Source of the DNA: Lingula anatina
Lineage: Eukaryota; Animalia; Brachiopoda
NCBI GenBank assembly: GCA_051362555.1
Contig: CM120641.1
Coordinates: 14,570,001-14,634,000 of the forward strand
DNA length: 64,000 bases
Direction of reading: 5' to 3'
Of the stretch, positions 56,441 through 64,000 are shown piece after piece. The notes beneath the pieces are model-generated. The model saw only the letters and a program-made list of their open reading frames with translations. It was not told the origin of the DNA and searched no databases. The stretch's first letter is position 1. The number at the start of each line of letters is the position of its first letter. Both the position numbers and the translations under genes were made by a program.

Positions 56441-59400
56441 CTATCCATTGGTATTCTGTGGTCTACTTATGCTACTGTTAGTTGTCATTGCTAATAACTC
56501 CCACCTGAAAGAAAGAACACTTTCTATAAAATAATGATTGTATAACAACCATAAATTCATTCCTCACGGTTTCACGATTAATGTTTCCATGTTAAATTTA
56601 TTGGATGGTGAGTTGCATTTTTATATCTGTACAAAACCTTAGGGTGTACATGGGCCGAAGCTGTCCATTTTTTTCTGACATGCTTCCAAATATTTATATG
56701 TAAAGTTAAATAATATATAAAATAAACAATAACCATCTTAGATGTTGATTTAATATAATCAACAATTTCTGTTAAACAGATAGTATTGAAATAAGTTTTC
56801 TCTCATCAAAAAATCTTCTTTAAATCATTTGCATTAAAAACAGAAATAGACTTCACTTTTAAGTTTGAATTAAATTGTGGTTAGCTGCAGTTATTTTTTT
56901 TCTGCCATTAACGCCTTTATTGGTGCATTACTATGATTTCATCACAGGATGCTAATCATTTAAACCAAGAGGCTTCAAAAAACCAATTTGAGGAGAAACG
57001 AGAAAGTTTTGCCATAAGGTTTTTTCTATGGAAATGATTGATTTTTTAATATTCATAAAAAATTAATATTCTTAGAAATTTTCATCTTATCTGGTAATTT
57101 ATACAACCATGTCTTTAATATGAACTAACATTTATTGTAAAAAAATTTACAGTAAGTCCGAGTTCACTTTTTTTTAACAAACATTTCAAACTAACTGTTA
57201 CCTGGAAAATGCCTTGCAGCATGAGACTCTATACTAATACAATTTCACACTGAGAGCATTGGTGGTTTTACCTTATATCCTCCGGCAGGCAGGAAGTATC
57301 TATCTGAGACTTTAGTGCTATCAAGGCACACAGGGTTTTCAGGGAGGGCACTGAAAAAAATGTGCAATAAAAAATGGAGTTAATTACCAAACAAAATAAA
57401 TCTTGGTGATTTTTACTGCTGAATCAAGAATTTAGTTTCTGAATTAAAACAACTTGTGAATGTGAATACATGAAGTGGTTAACAATTAAACATATTGGTT
57501 TGCTTACCAAAATCAAGGACATACAAGTCAGAATGGTCCATGAGCTCAAACTCTGTATTAACCATTTCTTCTTCATCAAACTCAGGGTTTGGACTGCAAT
57601 TGACAAACTGAGAATGTCAGAATCTTTCAGAAATCAAAGTGAGTCTTGCCTTAGTCTTGAGATTGAACAAATATTTAGGCAAATAATAACTATAATAAAA
57701 TTACAATTATGGTCAACCAAAAATAAGCTTTAAAATTGTGGCTTCTTTAAATTTCTGGTTGTGAATTTGACCCATTTATCCCTCCCAACAATTTGTAAAA
57801 GTTTATCTAAATAACGTACATGTAGTTAAGTATGACGCATTACTGCCGTGTATGCATTAGCTCAATAATTCAAATGAGAGTTGGCAAAAATGACTGAGCA
57901 TTAGCAAAGAAAGAAAACAGGAAATATCTGTTCCAATATTATTTTTCAGCAAGTATGAAACAATAACCTTTGGTTTGTCTTTATGTTAAGCTATTTGATA
58001 TATATGGTGGCATTTGGTCTGGTTTAGTGGCAATTTGACATGCCAACTCGCCTCAAATGTATCTTAATGATCTAAAGGCTAGAAATTCCAAGAGAACCTC
58101 TTAGCCCTGAAGTCTAAATTGTCTGTCATATAACACACCAAATAAATATTGCCAATAAATGTCAACTTTATTCCTATATATTCTCCATGACTATCATTTA
58201 TTAATGCAGACAGAAAAACATTTTTGAATTCCACGTTCTCTTGGATGCACAACAGTGTTTTTAACCATTTAGTAGATGACATAAAATAACAGATACGGAT
58301 GTTTCAGTGTTGCCTGTAGCTACATAATGACGTTAATATCATCATACATAGTTACATTACTTAAATGTGGATCCCTAGGCAAAGGCTTATTACAATGCTG
58401 ACACCCTGAATTTCAGACATAATTTGAACTCCCACCACTATAGATAGTACCTCTGTCTTTCCTCTTATTTCTTTTACTGCAGAAAGTTTGAATCACTATA
58501 CAATTTTCAATATATTTAATAATAAATATGTTTTGATGAACATCAATTACTTGAACATGATTTTGAGTTGTTGGAACACTGTAGGAAGAAATGAATCAGT
58601 GGAAATTATGACTGTGGTTCTGAAAGCCCACTAAAGTTGGAAAAATGGTATTAAAAAAAAACAACTTATTTCTGCCTTTCCATATTAAATAAGAAAAAAA
58701 AATCATGTCTGATTACTAAGTCTTTTGTTTATCATTTATAAAATGCCAGCTGAGGGTCCACAGATAGGTAATTGATGAAATAAGTCTGGATCAGACTAGT
58801 GTTGTATAACTCAGGGTAGCTACATGCGTCTAGCAGCTAAATCATCTTGGAAGCTGACACATTCCATGTATGCCCAAAGATGGGGGTAAACAACAGCCAC
58901 AAGAAAACAATTATAGTTATTTCTGTATGAAAGATTGGTAGACAACAATAACAAGAACAACAAAAAAGACTCACTTTAAAGTTTAAAGACAAACCACTCT
59001 CAAATATATGCTTTATGGCTTTCCCTACAATTACTTTATTTTTCACACATTTGGAAAAAATTGATTTTTTAAATGTTTGACAAGTAGACTCAATTTTGTT
59101 TTCTATTACTGTGTTATAAGGCTATGTCTTTTCATTGACGTAATTCTAACAATTAACAAGGCAGAAAAGCTGTCAGCTGAACAGACAAATAAAAATGACA
59201 AAAGCCTTGCCATGAAAACAGATGACTGCCATTAATGAGAACTTGGAAGGGTACACAGAGTTGGGCAAAAATTGGAGGATAAAAGGAATTCTACTGGAAA
59301 AGACAATAGGGGCTAAAGAGGTTAATAAATTGTCTTTTACACTGGTTCAGAAAAATATCAATGGGACGTAAATATAGTGGCTCCTATGGGTGATCCTACT

Positions 59401-62244
59401 CTGCTTGGTTTAATTTTTCTTAACAGGGAAGATTAATCAGTCTACAGACACTCCTGAGACACATGGTATTACAATATCTGCCCAATCCAGGTAAGAAGGC
59501 TCTAGTATTAATCGTGTGGTTTTCAGTATAAAGATTAGTGTACCTCACAACTGTTTAAGGGATAACAACTGTTCGTATGATATCCATATTCCATAATAAA
59601 CACATTATAAACAACTCATAGAAATTAATAAATTCTATTTTACCTCCAAAACAGTGGTTAACGCAATTATTCTGGAATTTTTGCTTGCCATCACATCACG
59701 TGACCTCCATAGATGGCTACACTCTGTAATAATCTCTTAGGAGAATATTACAAAAAACAAAATTTTTAGATGGACTAATGTTGGAATGGATTCATTAACC
59801 ACTGGTAAGTATGGGAAAACTGTTCTTTACTCCAAGAAAATCCATTTTTTGGCCAAAATGAACAACTGTTATCCCTTTAAGTACAGGTAGGACTGAATAC
59901 AAACCAAAATGCACAAGGAGACTTTATCAACAAAACTGCTTACAAAATGTGTCAATCTAAGAATTCAAGAACTGCATGGAAAGGACCATATGTAATAATT
60001 GACAAGGAGGTTGTTTTTGTCCTGTTAGTTTGTGTGTTTGTTGGTTTGTCTGTTCGCAGCATGCAAAAGGTCTGGGAAGGATGTTCATAAAATTCCATGG
60101 TGTGTCAGAGGTAGTCCAAGGAAGAAAAGATTTGATGTTGAACATGGATATGGATAACCACTGAAACATGCTCTGTGTCAAAGCTACAAAAGCAATAATA
60201 AAATACGGCTTGACCTGTGGTATATGTCGCAGATATTATTTGCAAGCTGACATCATCGTGTCACAGGCATACCAACTCTGCATCGGAGCTACGTAAGTAG
60301 TGATAATTTAGTCACACATACATTGGATCTCTTGCTGCATTGGATTGAATGCTTTTTAAATTTTTTTTACATATTGATAACTTTCTTGAAAGTGAAATGT
60401 CAATTTATTATTTATTATTTCTTACAGGTAAATGCCTTGGCAGAGGTTTGCCACTGCTGAGTGCTTAAATTTTAGTTTTATATGAAATTCTAGATTCATA
60501 CATGTATAAGGTGATACATCATGATCTAAAAATGATCTTCCTACACAAAGCACGACTACGACAACTACAAGAAGAGGATTCAAAGTTATCCCAACAATAG
60601 GATGTGCTTAACCATATAAACCTGAGACTCGACTTGAGACAATTAGTTTTGTTCATTATTGTTTATCATGTGTGTGTGTGTGTGTGTGCATGTGTGTGTA
60701 TGCATGTATATTTCATTTGCATAGTTTTTAGCACATTTAAGCAAGTTAGTCATGTGCTACAAAAATGAATTGTACATAAGTATATTTCATAGCAAGTATG
60801 CTAGTTATAGTGAAACCAACAGTGAAATAAATTTAGAATGGGGAATATAAGGATGTTAGCTAGTAGTTCAGTGGTGGGTTGTTAGGTACAGTAATATAAA
60901 GGATTTATCCTAGTCCAGTGTAGTAAGCAAAAACCCACTCGTAACATGTTGCTTAAGGAAGGAAACACACTGGTGCTGTTTTTGTAGTTAATGCTGGTCT
61001 GGTCTAATATGAATGTACAATAGTGGTATTTAAAACCCCACCATTGATGCACAGAAGAAGGAAAATTAAATGTCTCATGTCGTTATATGATTCGGGATTA
61101 AGATCTTTCATTACTGTGTTTTCAGGAAATGTGGTAATTTCAAATGTTTAATAAAAATGTCACTATATTGTATGATCTAGGAAGTGCTTGGCAACTGTGC
61201 CTTCACAGCTTGGAGTGACAAACAAATATCAACTTATTACCATAAAGGTAGAACTTTCATAAATATGCAATGACTGTCTAACTGGACAGAATCCAAGTCC
61301 TATTTTCTTTAGTTTCCATGGGGTACAAGATATGTAACAATAATTTAATGAAAAGCACTTCCACAGAGACCATGTTTATGACCGGAATAAGCAATGATGC
61401 TTCATAACACAGTGATTTAATGGTCCATAAATGGCTTACAGTCTGGGTTTAATTTCACACCACAGAACCCATTAAAGCATCAATAAAAAACAAATTAAGG
61501 TTCTATAAAGTCCTAATCCTGCACAACCTTACATGCAAGGAATAACCAAGCAGTGGAAATGTTACTGCTATTATCTGCCAATACAGATATTTTTGTGCAA
61601 TCACAAGCAAGCGAAAATGACCAATTAATTAATACAGTCTGCAATCCCACAAATATACTCTATACATTTAAAGTAAAAATAAAGTCAATTCTTGTATATG
61701 GCAATCACCCGCATCTTGGTGCAGTTTGAATGAGAAACCTGGTCATTTTTGGCCCTGACACAGACAGCTAGGGTGCTGACATTTTAACCTCACTGTTGAG
61801 GATACAGCCCAGCTGCCTTCTGAGACACTGAAAGCTAACATACAAACATCTTTTACTGCCAGACCAGGAACTTAACCCCTGCATCAAACCCTAAGTACTG
61901 ACTGCCAAGCAGGGATAGGTAGGTCTCTGGATGGGGTTAAATAACCCATGTTCCCCTAGAGGTGGACAATCTGAAAGACCATCCAGTTAGTGGATATGCC
62001 ACAAAAATTAGATGAAATCATTTCTTTGCCAATAGAGAGATATCTTTGTATACAAACAAGCTGTGATTGAAATTATGAATTTAGTCTTAAAAAGCTTAAA
62101 TGTGAACCCACCCACCATCTGCTACAGAAACTTACCTTGTACCTCCAAATAAAAACAGTCTATCTCCTACAACACAGCAACACTGCCGCCTCCTGGCACA
62201 AGGTCCATCACCTATACACTTCACTAAGGACCAATGACAAGTAT
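56441..62244 (-). CDS. KLHDC3: Kelch domain-containing protein 3, last four coding exons; upstream exons not found in the window
   Basis: Exons 62244-62136, 57593-57508, 57350-57272 and 56504-56441 are in phase. They read GPCARRRQCCCVVGDRLFLFGGTSPNPEFDEEE...LMDHSDLYVLDFVPSLKTLCAL...SCLPEDIRWELLAMTTNSSISRPQNTNG*: last kelch repeat, BC-box (SLKTLC) and the KLHDC3-type tail. Absent from the ORF track. Confidence 0.93.
60002..60476 (+). mobile_element. Second, more diverged HINE-like copy
   Basis: caaggaggttgtttttg...(gttt)n...aaattccatgg...gccttggcagaggtttgccactgctgagtgc...tagtt is colinear with 53153-53380. Confidence 0.55.
60669..60699. repeat. (TG)n microsatellite
   Basis: Directly visible. 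Confidence 0.85.
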
Positions 62245-64000
62245 CTGAAACACAAAAAATGGTTGTTTACATAACAAAGCATCTCCTCACATTTCCCTCT
62301 TGATCTGGCTGAGGCCAAGATCTGGCTGAGGCTCCAGTCCAATTTTTAAAAGGGTCTATTCCATTAATTTAAAAGGACATTCTCTACTGAATAAACCACA
62401 TTACTGTGCCACCAGCGTGAGTGCTGGAGGTACACATGGTTTAAGTCCTGACCCGTTTCATCAAAAAAATTTCATCTGTCTTTATCGGAAATACAATACA
62501 ATACAACTAGTTAAAAAAAAGCCTAGTCTTGACCCTCATTATGCTTCAAATAATGGGTTATAATCCAAGAATAAGTATTACTTCACATCCATTTATATAA
62601 TTTTTTTAATACCCAAGTTAATGTCCTCTGTAATTTTCTTTAATCATGCCAAGCATTTATTTACCTAATAAAATATAGAAATAGCTAGAGCATATTTCAT
62701 GTATGGAAAACATACGTTAACCATTTCTTAAATCACAAATACTTTGAAATCAAGCACTATACAGCATATTGTCCTCTTTTGCACTTTGCTGTTAGCTACA
62801 ATGATTTATCAAAGTACCAGTGTCATACCTTGCTAAATATCAAAAATAATGAAAACCTGCCTCATGTTTTTACTATCTACTTAATGACCTCGGGCTCCCT
62901 TTGAACCAGACATGATTTATGTAAAACTAGCTTAGAACCACCTTAACGATTACATACTATGGAAGACCTTGAAATGGCAACCTAAACTGAGGCAGAGCTT
63001 TTAAAAAAGTTCAAAATGAGCCAATTGGAGAAAAATGGATTCAAAATAAAAATTTCAACTTCAATATGCAAATGTTTGTGGATCCCTGACCAAATAAGTT
63101 CCTGCAATTGTGAACAAAGCTTCTTACTTGTGTACTATCAATTACCTCTTCAGGTGCACTTCCTATAAGCAAATCTTATCCTCAAGACTAATCTTCAATA
63201 AATCATCTCCAGTTGTCAAAGAAAAAAGCAGTCACACGTTGACCATATCAAGTACATCTATCTTACAACATGAAGGGATAAGAAGAGCATGTCTATTCTG
63301 TCTAAATTTTTATACCAAGGCTTTTGAGAAAAATTGGAGACCATGCTATCCTGCCTGTTTTTTCATGTATTTGTAATATGCATCATTTCCTCTGTGGCCA
63401 TTAAAGTGAGGAGTGCATAAACTTTGGGGGAACAACATACCTATTGTCAGGGATAGACATTGTGCACAGAATTTTGGTGTGCTGAGCTGCGTTGTCCCTG
63501 GGGGCTGGATGATTTTATTTTTTTAAATACATTTAATTTCTAGAATCTCCTCCTAGACCAAAAGAGTGAGGAGGTTGGAACCTATCAGCAAGATCTGCAT
63601 GGGCAGAAAAGGTAGAAAAGAAAACATGATCTGGTATTATTCAATTTTTGTATCAATTTTAGCAACCCAAAGGTCTTCTTTCAGTGGTTCTTATACATAC
63701 ACAAACAAACATACACACACACATGAAATAATGACACAGAACAACAGCATACTTCGAAGAATACACTTGCTTTAGGCCATCATTTCTTTTCTCATATCAA
63801 AGCTAAAAATATCTAAATAAGTTTGCTTACAACCAAAAACATCAGAAGGCATTTAGTAGGAGTTGGCACCATGTATGTTTCATTTTCTTGGAATCACATC
63901 ACCTCAAAGCATGGTAACTAAAGAAGTAGTCAGCCAACAGCAATCATCACTGATAGCCCAAAGTCTCATGATTAAGTGTAATATTGCACATATAATGACT

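Noticed and set aside
61700-61990. Possible SINE core fragment in the KLHDC3 intron
   Set aside because: Vague resemblance only; no A/B boxes or second copy in the window.

Overview
AT-rich, intron-containing animal genomic DNA, probably a marine invertebrate; the taxon cannot be fixed from this window. It holds five protein-coding genes whose exons I reconstructed by hand with consistent GT-AG boundaries and phases: the last 3 exons of an EML/EMAP gene (+), a complete cytoplasmic-type creatine kinase (-, 380 aa), TRMT61A (+, 332 aa, head-to-head with CK), a complete NPAS4/dysfusion-type bHLH-PAS gene (-, two candidate first coding exons), and the last 4 exons of KLHDC3 (-). Repeats include a 3.7-kb Academ-type element carrying a nested Tc1 relic and a MITE, two LINE relics, and several MITEs and Helentron-like elements. 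The standout signal is about ten CNGG(N)-capped stem-loops, matching Smaug/SAMD4 recognition elements, within 1.65 kb of the inferred NPAS4-like 3'UTR; both loops and G-U pairs favour the mRNA strand. The same gene has CRE/TATA promoter motifs and candidate degrons, suggesting a multi-layer immediate-early switch. UTR and TSS limits are inferred, and no database searches were run.
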